Shown: positions 12,595 through 26,700 of the stretch, one piece after another
How positions within the stretch are numbered: the stretch's first letter is position 1
Layout of the letters: every line of letters starts with the position of its first letter
DNA from: Camelus dromedarius
Lineage: Eukaryota
Length of the DNA: 64,000 nucleotides
Reading direction: 5' to 3'
Assembly (NCBI RefSeq): GCF_036321535.1
Contig: NC_087438.1
Location: 6,760,001 to 6,824,000, forward strand
Position numbers and translations under genes: made by a program
Notes under the pieces: generated by a model
Seen by the model: the letters and a program-made list of their open reading frames with translations, nothing else
Told to the model about the DNA's origin: nothing
Databases searched by the model: none

Positions 12595-14952
12595 TGAGAA
12601 CAAGGCAGGGTGTCACCTGTCACCACTTCCATTCAACATCATACTGGAAAACCTAGCTAGTGCAATAAAACAAGAAAAGAAAAGGTAAGCAAATTAGGAA
12701 GGAAGAAATAAAATTGTCTTTGTTCACTGATGACGTGATTGTGTAGAGTCTTCCTGAAAAGTCAATAAAAATACTCCTGAAGCTAATTAGTGGTTATAGA
12801 AAATTTGCAGGATACATGGCTAATGTTGAGAAGTTAAGTATTTTCCTATATACCAGTAATAAATAATAGGAACTTGAATTTTAAAAATTTATTTATAATA
12901 GCACCAAAATAATAAAACGTGCATATAAATCAAGCAAAATAAGTGGAGGGATATTTCATGTTCACAGATTAGAAAACTCAATGTTATCACAATATCCATA
13001 GTGTTATATAGATTCAACACAATCCCAGTCAAAATCCCAACAAGCTAGTTAGTGGAAATTAACAACTGATTTTAATGTTTTTATGGAAAGGCTGAAGATA
13101 CAGAATAGTCAACACAATACTGAAGAAGAAAAAAGTTAAGAAGACTGACAAAACCATAAAGACCTTAAAATGATCAGTGGTTGCCAGGAGCTCAGGGAGA
13201 GGGAGAGAATAATAAATGGATGAAGTAGAAGAGATTTTTAGGACAATAAAACTATTCTGTAAGATACTACAATGGGGAATATATAATGCTATGCATTTGT
13301 CAAAATTCACAGAATTTTACAGGACAAATAATGAACCTTAGTGTACAAAAATTTTTAAAAATCATTTGGAATGTTTGGGGTATCCCAATAAGAAACACAG
13401 AATGTGACAAAAGTATCTAAATATATTACAAATGTAAGAAACAAACTCAGTAAAATGAGCAAGGAGAAAAGGTGCTGACTTAAGTAACTGAAAATGAACA
13501 AGGTCTCTAAGACTAAAGGCCAAAGGAATTGCCGATAAACACTGAACTCTGGTTGATAAAGTTATTTCCCATGGTGTGTGGGTTAACAATGTTGATACTA
13601 CTATACATGCACCCTGGAACTCAACAAATAAGTAAATGAATGGCAGTGGTAGGAGGCAGGTTTCTCACTGTAGGCAGGGCTGTGAATTTACAGGGAAGTG
13701 CAGGGAGGAGGCTAGAATGATGCACGCGGTACTGGATTAGAGATGGAGAATGAGTATGAACTTAGGCTTAGCCTAATATAGAAATAAATTGTTACAGACA
13801 GAAATATTTATAGGTATGTGTATATGTGAAGGTTAGTATATATCCATTTATTTCATTGTTCTATCAGCTGAGAGGCCTAAAAGAAGCAACACCCAGGAGC
13901 AAAGAGCACCCTAGCACCCAAATCTTGGTATCTGATACCATTCTCCATTAGAAGGAATCAGAGCTCCTTGGAGAAATGGATGATTATAGTACTGGGACAG
14001 GGAAAATATGAGATAAGCCTGGAGCATCTTGCACTCCTAGATAATAAGAAAGTACCGAAAGAGGAACCCCACACAGTGGGCTATGTCAATAAGACACAGG
14101 TGCCACTGGAAGAGTTCTCAATGAACAAAGCTGGACAATTTGAGCAATAAAATTAATAAAATATCATTGATTTATAACCCAAAGTATAAAATAAATATTC
14201 ATGAATACACATTGGTGATAAATAATTGAATAAATTTGTAAATGGGGAGAAGAGACTAATCTCCCATGCAGAGTATTTCCAAGTAATTTATGTAGATACT
14301 CTGTCCCCAAGAAGAAGGAGCATAACTCCTTCTTCTTTCAGTGTGAATTGTGCATAGTAACTACTTTCCAAAGAGCACACTATGGAAAGAGGGTGGGAGG
14401 AAAGTAACTTCAGCAGAGAAACTTGACAAATACTACGTTAGCCAGGGTATCAAAGTCAACAACAACTGTCATAAGTCATGTTGATATTGCATACCCTGTG
14501 ATGAAAATAGCACTTTCCCTCTGTGGGCTTTCCCCACAATAACTCATAATCCCAGTCTTATCAGGATAAAAATTTCAGATAAATCTCAATATTAGGGCAT
14601 GCTACAAAATATCTGACCAGTACTCCTAAAAACTGTCAAAGTCATCAAAAATAAGGAAAGCTTGAGAAACCTAAGAGGACATGACAACTAAATCTAACAT
14701 GGTATCCGGGATAGGATCCTAGAACTAAGAAAGGATGTTAGTACAAATGAAAAAAATATGAAAAGTATGAATTTTAATACAAAACAATGTATCAATATTG
14801 TTTAATTAATTGTATATATACTGTAAGTATACTATACTAATGTAAGATGTTAATAATAGGGGAAGATGAGTGTAGGATATATGGAAATATTCTGTAATAT
14901 GTTCTCAATTTTCTATAAACTTAAAACTGCTCTAAAAATTAAAGTTTATTAA
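12595..14952 (+). mobile_element. L1MC-type LINE, 5'-truncated and internally deleted
   Basis: RT-region text gaacaaggcagggtgtc...ttcaacatcatactggaa; long 3'UTR ending aaaactgctctaaaaattaaagtttattaaaaa. Confidence 0.9.
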
Positions 14953-15337
14953 AAATTTATATCAGATCATGAAAATTCCCTTTAAGTTCTTTAATATCCC
15001 CAGTTACTTGCAGGATAAAATCAAAACTCCATCCTTAGCATTGAATTCCATGCCTTATTTTCTCTAGTTTCCAACTCACACTCTATTTCACACTTGTGAA
15101 GGCTTCTCATGGTTCTTCAGACAACAACAACAACAACAAAACCATCATGTCCTTCCACAATTCCTCACCTTCGGAAATTCCATTACTCCAGATCTTTCCT
15201 GAAAAATGGCTCATCTTTGAAGATTCAGCTTAGTTGATCCCTTTTCAGAGAAATCTTCCCTGATCTTAACAAACTGGATTAACTGACTTCACCTCTGTGC
15301 ACTTTGGCTCCTAGGGAGTACAATTTAGCCTATCACC

Positions 15338-15503
15338 TTGCTACTTGCTGCTCAGTGTGGTCCATGGACTACCAGTGTAAGCATTATATGGGAGCTCATT
15401 AAAAATGCAGAATCTCACCTTTACCTAAACCTACAAAATTAGAACCTGCATTTTTACAAGATCCCCAAATAATCTGTAGCTGTATTACAGTTGGAAATGC
15501 TTT
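15338..15503. mobile_element. MER5-type hAT-Charlie DNA transposon
   Basis: tgtggtccatggac...aaatgcagaatctca...ctgcatttttacaagatcccc. Confidence 0.85.
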
Positions 15504-15775
15504 GAGCATCCAAAATTTAGTTCTCCCCAAGCCCTGAACATGTGGTTCTCTGAATTTTTTTAATTGTCTGTATCCTTGCCAAGTTATGAACTCACTGAGG
15601 ACAGGGGCCATGTTTCATTTGTTTTTTTCCTTTATCTCTAATATTATCACAGCATCTGGGACATTCATGGGAACAGAACTGAATTAATGGCTGGCTCAAG
15701 GACACATTAAATGAGAGGCTGTATTGGAAAGTTATATGAGATTTATAGGTTAATATCTAACTCTCCATTTATCCT

Positions 15776-16430
15776 TGCCAAAATTTAGGAACAACTGAGA
15801 GACAGGCAAAGGGTCAGGCAGATGATGTACAAATATCAAATTTATTGCTGATAAGGCTGATTAGAGAGAGCCTGACTTTGCTGTACAGCTAGGCAGCTTC
15901 TTTATACCTTGCCCAGAATTAAGCAGACATAAAGCTTATTCAAGCCTCCCCTTAGGGAATGGGGATCTACTCTTATCAAATGCAAGGCAGGGAAGCACAG
16001 ACCTGTACTGTGCTCTGTCCAGGCAGAGTCCAAAGGGTGGAAACAGAGGTGCCTGGTCAACCTGGTCAAGGTCTTCTCTCAAATTCTCAGGCAGTTCTGC
16101 TCCTTCCCTCCTGTGGTGAGTGGTTAGTAGGTAACACTGATAAAGAGACAATTCAGAGGAAAAAGGGAATGGACAGGGATTAGAGAAAAGAGAAAGACAA
16201 TACATGAACCAAGATCTTGGAGAACTAAAAATCTCAGAATGAAGATCATGCATCTGACCCTGAGATAGAACTGTGACTTGACTGAATTCTGCCTCCCTTG
16301 GGATGAGACCCTCAGACCTGCCCCACTGTGAACCAAACTAGATCTGAACCATCTCCCTGTGGTTTCCAGGTGAGCTAAGGGTGGTCCCAAAAGTCTAGCT
16401 CAGCGTACAGCACCAACTGGCCACATCAAA
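15776..16430 (-). mobile_element. Possible ERV solo LTR (family unassigned)
   Basis: Minus-strand TATAAA (15906-15901) followed by AATAAA (15846-15841) and a ...CA end near 15776. Confidence 0.35.
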
Positions 16431-18289
16431 CTGGAGAGTATGTGAATCTCCATTGTGTTTCACTCTTCCAGTGGGCTCACTTTTCAACATCTCTTCCTTT
16501 ATTGACCAGAAAATTGCATACTATGAAATATAATGGCATCTTTAATCCATTCAATAGGGATGAACTCTAACCAACCAACAGTAATAAGCTGAATTTTGAG
16601 AAGACCAAGGATACACAAAGATCCTTGAATGTAGTCTAATACAAACCCACAAGGGCTCAGAGCCATGTCATTTGAAGTATTATTTATTCTTTGCTTATTC
16701 TTTGCAAAATTTGTGTTTTTCCCTAAAGTCTTTGGATAATATGTATTATAGTATAATAGGTACTATAAAGTGTAATATTATGTATTATTATAATTATATT
16801 TCATATTATTATAATCCTTCATCAGGCAGAATACCATACTCTGTAAGCTTCTGCACCTTTTTGGAAAGCCTTTTACACAATGATTTAAGACCCATGTGTA
16901 TGTTATCCTAAAAAATTAAGATAATAATACTCACTAGTCACATACATTAAAAAACACTCAGTACAGTTTGACAGCCACAATTTTGGAAGGTTTGAATACC
17001 AATAGAATCACCCTATGGGAGCAGAATCCTCCTGAGGCACAAGAGGACTTTAAACACAACTCAGCAAGCCATTCTGATGCTCAAACATTCAGGGGTGTTT
17101 TTGCCTGATTCTTTTAGAAAGAAATCGATGTTTGGAATACAGGATGTAAATACTTAGAATGCATGACCATATACCTCTAGCTACTGCCCATGGCAGACAT
17201 TACTAATTGATCAAAGAGGTCTCGACTCAGAGCTCAGAGCAGCCACGATTAATTGATTGGAGTTTGCCCCTGAAATGAAAGCTATCTGATATTCCAGAGC
17301 TAGGACCTTCCTCTCTCACCTCCTCTTACCCCCAAACACAGAGCTGTGTGTACCGACCTCAGCAGCATCCACTTTTGCTGTGATCTTTTCAGAATGTCAG
17401 CTCAAGCTCTGTGTTTTGCCATCATGTTGCCAGCATCTAGCCAAGTATGTGGCACATTTGTGTTACAAGATTAGAAGAAAAGGCGAAGGTGGTGTCGGAA
17501 ACTGAGATAGAGGCAAGGGGAGAAGAGCAGGTCTGGACAAAGCCCAGAACAAGTTCAGTTTGAACTGAACGCATCCGAGGTGTTGGTACGACAACCACAC
17601 GTGCTCAGTCTGTGTGGGCTGAATGGCGGGTGAGTTCACAGGGCACATCCCCCAGGCCCTTGCACGTGTGAGTCCGGAGAGCAAAGGCAGACTGGATCTG
17701 CATCGGCGGTGTGAGAGGCTTCAGGGTCAAGTTCACGGGCAGCGCTCTGGGGAGCAGAGGGTAGAGCATAACCTGGGAATACTTATTGTCTCCTGACGAA
17801 GCACTGGAGAGCAGTGCTACCATTTAAGCAATCAAAGGGGAGACTGTAAGAAAAAAGTGAATTTTTGCCTCTTGAAATGGACTCGTTGACCACACAAAAC
17901 AACTTTACAAAAGCATAGAAGACACCTCATCTCAACTAAAATATGTCAAGGAAAAACACTGTTGGAGTGCTAAAGATACAATAATTAATATTTCTACATA
18001 TTTTATTTAGAATATAATTATATACTTACAACAATATTACAATAGCGTGTTGTATACTACTATATTATGTTATATCATAAATATCTTATAAAAATGAAAC
18101 TGGACAAAGTTGTCTCTAGGCATTTCCCAGAGACTAAATCACCAGATGGGAGATCTGGTCCATGGTGCACTCCTTCCTAGGGGCCATTCATCCTGAGAAA
18201 TTCCTTGGGACTTTGCTCGGTCCTGTTGTTAATCACACACAAGACCTGGAGTGTGACGTTCAGTGTAGCTTTATTTTCAGGAGTAGGAA

Positions 18290-18375
18290 GAAAGAAAGAG
18301 AAGGAAGGAAGGAAAGGAACGAAGGGAAGGAGGGAGGGTAGTAAGGAGGGAGAAAATAGAAGCAGAGAAAAGAAA
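18290..18375. repeat. GA-rich (GGAA)n-like tract
   Basis: aaggaaggaaggaaaggaacgaagggaaggagggaggg. Confidence 0.85.
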
Positions 18376-20837
18376 TCATCTAAAGGTCCAACATAAGAGG
18401 CAATGGCCAAACAAACAATATTACATCCATGTAATAGAAACGACATGCTGGGAAAATTCGTTTTTCAAAAACTTTAATGTTATGGAGAAATTCTCCTAAT
18501 AAAATGTTAACTTTTTAAAAGTAGAATTTGAAGCAGTACATACTATATACCCCCAAATTCTGATTTTATTTTAAAATATTTGTTCTTATAAAAGTGAAAC
18601 TAAATATTAACAGTAACGATGTCTTGCTAACAGTTTAACGGATTATTTTTATATCCTTCCATGTGTTTTTCTGTATTTGTATTATTATGTATTACCCTTC
18701 AAATTAGCATATTTTTAAAAAGTAAAATCACAGAAGTTAAATGTTTTAAAATACCTTTTGTGCGTGTGTTTTAAATAAAATGTTCAACAAAAATGAAAAA
18801 TTGTGATTTTCTTGGATAGACAACAGGAAGATAACTTGAGTTATGAATATGTAATTCAAATGTATGTTCTAATATATGATTTATTCTAATTAGGAGTAAT
18901 TAACATACAATGCATTTTAAATAGGCAACACAGAATAAATGGAACTTGCCATTTCATTCATTTCATGCGATATGTTCGTTTACAGAGTCTCGCTTATCTA
19001 ATCATCTCTCAGAAGCTAGTACATTATGACACAACAGTGCATCACTGGAAATGAGTCTTAAAAACATACATTTCTCCAGGCCCCAGAGAATTCCATCTGT
19101 GGCTTTGTTACGTCTACTAAACTGTTGCCAGATGTAACAAGAACCACCAGAGGAAGGGGAATCATGGATGTTTTCACCCTCCTTGGGAAAGGTTTTTGAC
19201 TTTTGAGTGATGCTGGCATCGATATTCAGCTCTATCTTGTTATCCTGCGGCCAGAATCCCATGAGAACTGCTCGGAGAGACTGACTGACTGTGGCGGGGA
19301 ATAGAAGGGCCAGGCCAAGCATGCGTGTGCTCAGATGAGTGTTGAAGGACCCCAGCATGGACCTTCTCTTCCTACTCTCTATTATCTCACTCCCTCTGGC
19401 CAACGAAGAGTCATCTGTGCCTCCACCGTGTTCCCCAGCATCTCCAAGGGCCATGCACCCAGCAGGGCAGAAATGGTTGTCTGATACCAGTAAATTTCCT
19501 GGTGTCAGCAGCTCCATCCATCTACCTTCTCTAAAGCTCTGAGAAGGCAGAGATGGTGTCACATTCTCCTTCACAGCTCTCTGAAGCTCGCCTGCACTCG
19601 TCTTCAATTAGTGTTTGCTTTGTTTAACTCTCACTGAATGAGGCACTGATACATAGAAGGTGAGAGCCCTTCCATCGATGAGAATCGATGAGGAACTTCA
19701 TGGGTAGCTTGGTGCTGGGTGTGCCAAGGTCCAGTCAAAAGGGGCACTTCGAGGAGTGCCTGGAGGCACTGCCTTGGTAGAACAGGCTCTTGCATAGAAG
19801 AAAAAAGTAACCAAAGTCTTTTTTTCAAAACAAAGCAGCACATTAAGCACTGCCTCATGCCTGGGAGATTTGAGTACAAGAAACCTCAGAACAAAGATAT
19901 AATTTTTCATTCTATGCTTAGATAACTAAGCTAAGTGATATGAATTAGCTATCAATAGAAATTTGGGAACCCTTTAAGCTATTAATGGAGTGACCTTTAT
20001 AAAGCTTCGATATTCTTGCCACAGACGGAGCGTTGATTTATCTCTTGTACAGGGTAAATGAAGTCCTATATGGTTATATGAAAATGTGTCTCTTTTCAGA
20101 AATAGAGGAATTCTGGACATCTACTGAATGTAAGAATAACCTGTTGGGATTTTTTAAAATAGAAGTTCCCAGATATCCCTCGGAGATTCTGATTAACTCA
20201 ATCAGAGACAAGGCTGAGATGTGCACTTTCTACGACTACCACAGGTGAGTTGGGTGCAGGTGTTTCTGACACATGCTGACACATGCAGACAGAGGAACGA
20301 AGCAGAGAGACTCCCGTGTAAGTAGATGCCCGTTCTGGGAGCATGGGTGAGTCCCCTCGGTTCTAGAAGGCTCATTGTTTGCATCTTTATGGTGGGGACC
20401 ACATCAACCACCGTGAAACGCTGGGAATGTGCAGGTCCTTGCCCAGAGGGTGCCCCATGGGTTAGCATCCCCCCAGTTCCAGCAGCTCACTCTGTAACCA
20501 CTTTGTAAAAACGATGGCTGTAGGAAGGCAAATCGGGGCAAGAATGGAGAAGCTGAGGGCCTCTCCTGTGTCAGCCGCTTCATGCTTGGGGACTAGCTGC
20601 TTTGGTTCTAGACACAAATCACTAGAACTGAACACTGGGAAAAAGTGCTCAGCAAAGATGGCCCTGACAAACATTACTTTGGCACCACCTGCATCTGCTA
20701 ATATAGGGCACTTAAAAGCTGTAGCTAAATGAGGTGCCTCTGGAAGCTGTTCCAGGACCACGCTGAACAGAGGACTCTGATTCTTGCCCTCTTACTTACT
20801 CTTATCAACTCTCTGGCTCTGTTCTGGCCTGGCCAGG

Positions 20838-20896
20838 CTCTATCTGTCTGTCTGTCTGTCTGTCTACCTATCTATCTATCTACCTATCCATCCATC
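20838..20896. repeat. Compound tetranucleotide microsatellite (TCTG)n(TCTA)n(TCCA)n
   Basis: Direct reading. Confidence 0.9.
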
Positions 20897-20981
20897 CTGT
20901 GACTTTTAATATTTTAGCCTATGTACTCAGTTAATCACTCCCATAAAAATATCCAAATATCTAATGGACTCTGAATACCTA

Positions 20982-21158
20982 GGGGTGATTCTTCTCAAAG
21001 CGTAGTCCCAGGACCAGTAGTGTCAGAATTAGCTGGGAACATGTTAGAAGTGCAGATTTGCAAGTTCCATTCCAGACCTACTGAATTTGAAACTCTAGAG
21101 GTGCTTAAGAAGCTAACCAGATGATTCCGATGCATTTTCAAGGTTGAAAATCATTGCC
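20982..21158. mobile_element. MER5A hAT-Charlie element
   Basis: ttctcaaagcgtagtcccaggaccag...ccagacctactgaat...tgattccgatgca...gttgaaaatcattg. Confidence 0.88.
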
Positions 21159-22712
21159 ATAGGAAGTTAACACCCACCGTCATCCATTTAAATATATATA
21201 AAATAATGAACATTTTCTTAACAGCTGGAAAATTTCTCTCATTCTTCTTGCTCCTTGGGCTCTTCTCCCATAGATTTTTATTGTAGTGTAACATATGTTT
21301 TAGGCTGAAGAGTCTTTTACAGGTCACTCAATCATACTTCTCTGGGGCAAATACAGCTAGACAGATGGATAGAGAGAAGACAGAGAGATACGAATGATCA
21401 TTTTTAAAAAGTCCTCAGTCTAAAGTTTCTAAATGTTAAACATTTCTTCTATTGCTATAAGTTCACATTATAATAAATAATTGATAAAAACATGATACCA
21501 ATTTTGATATTATTCAACAAGAACAAAATATTACTACCAGTTTATCTCCTAACATGACGAGTGAAGGTTTTTTATTCTCACACATCCTTTGATGAAGTAA
21601 TCATCTTGCTCACTGCAAGAATGAGCTGGGAGTCCTCATCAATTCTATTCTTATTTAATGTCAATGTTGAAAATTCTGTAGAAATTAGTAGATGGGAATA
21701 GAAAGAGTTTTCTTAAAACATTTTCACTCAATTTATTGAAATTTGACTAAATTACATAATCAAAATGATTTAGTAATAAGACATCAAAATTTATTTTTAA
21801 TAACCTAAAAACATGACTAGGACCTTCTCTAACATTGTTGAAAGCAAAGACTTGGAACCCATCTAACTGGTAAAACAGCTTGCTGCCCTGTTACTACTAC
21901 ATTTTTGTAATTTTGGGGATATATCATCCAAAAAAAATTCACCAAGATTTATCACATGACTTTCATGAAGAAGCACTTTGTTTACTTTGATATAAACATT
22001 TGGGAAAATAAAATTTTGTGAGTTATATTATATTATAATAATTTTAAAATAAAATGTCCAGGTCTGTGAGTGTGACTGCACAGGTTGTGGGCTGCCCAGC
22101 TTAAGGGGAGATGACATTTGCTTAGACTCCAGCACAAGCAGTGGTGGCCCTCAAATGCTTTTGTCTTTTCAGGTGCTTTAAATCTATTTTCATTAAAATT
22201 AAGGACATAACTCACTTTGTGGAAAATAACCTTCATATTAGCTAATTAGCCAAATGAGTCATTGTCAACCCAATCAAGTCAGCCTTAATTTCTGTCAAGG
22301 AATAAAAAAAGTCTGACTTCATTTTCAATTAAAAGTGTTGATGCATCCCTCTTATTTCTGAACCATCTTCCTTCTGAATTCTAAAGTGGAGACGGAGAGG
22401 CAGAGAAGGCAGAGATGCCCACTGAGGTTGCCGACTGCGGGAAATAAGAGGCAACTGCCTTCAGTTCCAACACCTTTGCCTCTGTTGTGCTGGGACTCAT
22501 GCCCTGAGCCACCCACCCTCTGCCAATGATCAAAGGATAGAAAGGAGGTCATTAAAAAGTGAACAAACAAAACTTCTCACATTACCCAATTGACCATATA
22601 TCTGAACTCAGATCCTTCAAAACCAGGCCAAAGTCCCTCCCTCAAATACCATGCTTCACTCTTTCCAGAAACGTGTGTAACCCAGGACATAACCCGGTGG
22701 TGGTGTGTGCAC

Positions 22713-23149
22713 TGCAGTGGGCTGAATGGTGCCCCCCGAAAAGCTATGTCTACATCCCAATCTCAGGGGCCTGGGAATGTGACCTTATTTGTAACTATGT
22801 CAAGGGTCTCAAGATGAGATCATCCTGGACTATGCTGGTGGCCCCTCGATTCACAAGCATCTTTGTAAGAGACACGCAGAAGGAGACAGATACACAGGAA
22901 GCAGAGGAGGAGGCCGTGTGAAGATGGAAGCAGAGATTGGAAGGATGCAGCCATGAACCAAAGGACACCTGGAGCCATGAGAAGCCAGAGGCAAGGAAGC
23001 GTTCTCCCCTAGAGCCTCTGGGGGGAGTGCGGCCTTGCTGCACCTTGACTTCTGACTTCCGGTTTCCAGGACTGTGAGGGAATACTTTTCCGTTGTTGTA
23101 AGACACTCAGTAGTGGTTCCTTGTCCTGGCAGCCCCAGGACACGATGCA
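22713..23149 (+). mobile_element. MaLR solo LTR (MLT1B/C-like) with 5-bp TSD
   Basis: TG...CA ends; flanks tgcac (22708-22712) and cacac (23150-23154), both derivable from CGCAC by CpG decay. Confidence 0.9.
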
Positions 23150-24960
23150 CACACTTGAGATGAGTGAGGCTTGCCGATGCCACTCCTCCCAGCTGTGCAG
23201 AGCTTGCTGCCTCCACTCTTCTGGGAAGGCTCCAGAGCAGAGAGAAATGTGCCTTAGTTTGTACTGTAGGGGATAGTAAAAGAAGAACGGGAAGCTGACA
23301 CTGGCATGACTGCAGACGAGGTGAAGCAGAGGCATGCTCTAGAGTCAAGCAGCTGGGACCAACGTTCCAGTCAAGGAGCAGGCAGGACAGATGGACCCTT
23401 CAATGCTTGTTACTTGAGGAAATGAAATGGGGTATCTGGTGCTTCATTTGTGCTCTTTTCTAAGTTTCTGATTCTACCAATAGGATTTTCTCAATTTAGA
23501 CTTAAAAAAAAAAAAAGTATCTACAGAGTACCTACCCCTTAAAAAGGAAGCTGAAAATCAGGTCTAGGCAGATCGGATGATAATTTCCATAATTTCCAGG
23601 AGGATTCAGTGGGGGTGAAGTGCCAGTGCCTCTTCACCTGGGATCTGAACGCCTCAGTGCCAGGGCAGGAGAGGCTGCCTGTGGTCCATCCTTACTCCAC
23701 TGGGGCCGATGGCATTCTGTTCTCAAGAAGCCTGAGCTCTGTCCTCACCTATCCTCTCTGCCTCCCGCAGAGGAGCCGTGGCCTTGTACCTGGGCTTGTG
23801 TCCTTGGCTTCCACATCACTCTAAGTCCAACTCCGGCGATTATCAAAGTTTGCGTTGCTTCTCTGGTTGGTGCCAAGGACACCTGCATTCTAGGTTCCTG
23901 TCAGAGCGCCCCTGGAACTTGCTGCCACCCAAGCATTACAAGTACCCCAATTCAGAGGGGCAATATTTACATTGGATTGCCTGAGAGTCGCAGACCACCC
24001 TTCCACCAAACTGGTGATTCATAAAAAGTGGGGGTCACTGTTCCAGAGCTTGCTGAAGTTATGGACCTTCCTTGGCTTCACACTCAAATTTTGGGTACAA
24101 TTTTATGGGGCTTATAGTCCCTTCCTGTAAAATCTAATAATTCTAAATATTAAATTTTTATCTTGATTAAAATGTCAAACAGCCTTGTCACTCAGTTTTG
24201 TTACTTGTTAAGATGCTTACCAAGCAGCACTCTGGTTTTGCTCCATCTGCTTCCAGTAAGGAACACTGAACGGAAGTACGATTCCCACCTAATTTGTCCA
24301 CTATAGTGGACCCTGTTGTTCATAACCTCACAGGGCACTGTCTTCAGGAAGCAATGAGAGGGCTGAAAAGAGCTTTGCCTCCTGTAAGTACGTATTTATG
24401 TTGTATGGACGCCAAGAATTATATGACAAAGCGTGTTCTCCTCTGTGTGACAGGATGCTGGCTTTGCCACTCACCGCTTTGGATATAAGCTTCATCCTGG
24501 CCCCATCCTATTTTTTTTCTTCACCTTGGTTTTCTCACTTATTTTTTAAAACTTATTTACCAAGAAAGATGATATTCACTGAAGACGCGGTTTCAGAACA
24601 CGACAGTAAAGGAAAATTCATTTCTCTTGTCTGTGTGGGCTTGTTGAATTCAGAAGCCATTTCCCTCTCCATCCCAACACTCCTCCCCTAAACAGATGAG
24701 CTCTTAACAGCTGCTCCCCATCAGTGGATGGAGCCCCTGGGCCTGAGCAAAACACACACAAAGTTGATAGTGAAGCCGAGATGGCTGTTTACCTTCAGTC
24801 CACCAAATGGAACAGAAGTATATACATAAACATAAACACAGATAGATAAATTGTACAATGACTATTTAAAACACTTGGCTTCTCAGAGGCATTTTACAAA
24901 GCTTCCTCAAACCCTTTTTAACAGAGAGACACAATAAAGAGGCAAATAAATACATTCCTT

Positions 24961-25118
24961 TTTCTTTCTTTCTTTCTTTTTTTTTTTTTTTTTTTTGGTG
25001 GGGGGTACTTAAGTTTACTTATTTATTTGTCTTTGGAGAGGGTACTGGGGATTGAACGAACCCAGGACCTTGTGTATGCTAAGCATGCGCTCTACCACTT
25101 GAGGTGTACCCTCCCCCC
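24961..25118 (-). mobile_element. tRNA-Ala-derived SINE (camelid Vic-1 type) with poly(A) tail and 18-bp TSD
   Basis: GGGGAGGGTACACCTCAAGTGGTAGAGCGCATGCTTAGCAT...GGTCCTGGGTTCGTTCAATCCCCAGTACC; TSD caaataaatacattcctt (24943-24960) / caaacaaatacatttctt (25120-25137). Confidence 0.9.
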
Positions 25119-26469
25119 ACAAACAAATACATTTCTTAAATGTCCTCTTATCCATATCCCTTGCTCAGTTGTAGGATGATCTCTGTTCTGATGTCTTTTG
25201 TTCCCAAACTGCGTTTGCCAACTAAGTTGCCTCTTTAAAAACAGTTTTATCACACAACCAGCAGTTAACTAATGCTTGGGTCCATTTGGAGTTTAGTTTG
25301 TGTATAGTGTTAGCTATTATACAGCAGTTTAAATAACTTGGCCAGTTCTTATGCTCATCAACAATTTAGAATGTATGCACATTTGATACAGTTAAACCAG
25401 CTATTATAACTCAGTAACCCTCACCTCCAAGAGTCAACTGTAGTCTATCATCAAAAACATCACTAGCTTTTTAGTTTTCCCCTGTGAGGCATCAGTTTTA
25501 ACAAAGCTGTTCCAGGTCTAGCGCTACCACGCAGGGAAACTGCCTCTTAGTAATTCACAAGGGAAAATTTACAACTAATTAGGTCCCCTTTGCCAAAATT
25601 AAGACTCAAGATTCAAATGAATCACAAAACCAACCCTTTTAAGTGTAGTGTCTAAGATGTTTGCAGCTGTTGACAACAAGAAAGCAGATGATAAACTGTA
25701 ACAAATGGAACAAACAAAATCAAACAAGTTTTTAATTCACAAAAATATGGAAGAAATTAAGTTGAGATCAAAGGAAATTTCAGTAGTTGCAAATCAAACA
25801 AGAGATGAAACCAGAGTGACTTCTTGTCTTTAGATTAAGGGCCATCAAACTAAGGCCTTAAAATAACATTTTCTTCCAAAATAAAGGTAAAAGAATAAGA
25901 AAAGAGGATTGTGTTATCTTACTTATAAAACAAAATTTTGTATTAATTTTTGGCTTCCAACATTTTAATAGGTGTCATGTAGTGTTTGAAGTATATTACC
26001 TCTTCTTGCCACCCATAAAACTATGAAAGGAAGATGCTAAAGGGCCAGTTTCTCTCTAAAGGGTTTCTGTTGTTTGATCTTAATTTTACATCTTTTTCTA
26101 TTATCTCATTTTAAATCCAATCTTGTAAATCATGATATTTTTCTAGAAAGTTATGTCAGTTACAGTGTAAACATTGAAGAGGATGGTACGTGAAAATTAA
26201 ATTGAAAATCAGTAAAACAATTATTCTTTACCAATTTCTCACATATTGATTCTTTGGGTTAATTTTGATCATTAATAGTTTATGGGAGTCATTCCAGAAA
26301 TTGGCCTCTTTTTTAGTACCTTTCTCTAGAATTCACTGAATTTTCAGTTTTCCACCATGTTACATCACTAGTTCACCATTAAAAGACTTTTCTCAATTCC
26401 ATGATATTATTGAGTTTTATTCTTGTGCCCTGTGGGTAGACAAATACGTAAAATGCTTTCTAGTTCCAG

Positions 26470-26700
26470 TGCACTGTCAGCAGTGTTGATTCTAGAGTTA
26501 AACTGCCTGGGAGCAACCCCACCACCTTCGCCTGCTGTGTGGCTTAGAGGGATGGACTCACCTCTCTGTGACCCTTTCTTCATCTGTCAATAGGAGAATA
26601 ACATTATCTATTAAACAGAGTGTATTATTAAGACAATTTAGTAGTCTATGCTTACTGCTTAGTACGGGGAAAGCACTTGACAAAATCGCTTTTGGCATTG
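26470..26700 (+). mobile_element. MIR SINE
   Basis: tctagagttaaactgcctggg...cttcatctgtcaataggagaataac. Confidence 0.8.

Larger units (their letters stand above)
12320..15690 (+). mobile_element. L2 remnant split by an L1MC and a MER5
   Basis: L2 text to ~12590 resumes at ~14960 (tcagatcatg...caggataaaatcaaaactcc); L2 3' end at ~15590-15690. Confidence 0.65.

Noticed and set aside
19002..19607. Longest ORF in the window (201 aa, minus strand)
   Set aside because: Non-ATG start and no recognisable domain; a length like this can arise by chance in 64 kb of six-frame translation
25020..25118. Possible functional nuclear tRNA-Ala gene
   Set aside because: Poly(A) tail, TSD and altered A and B boxes identify a SINE
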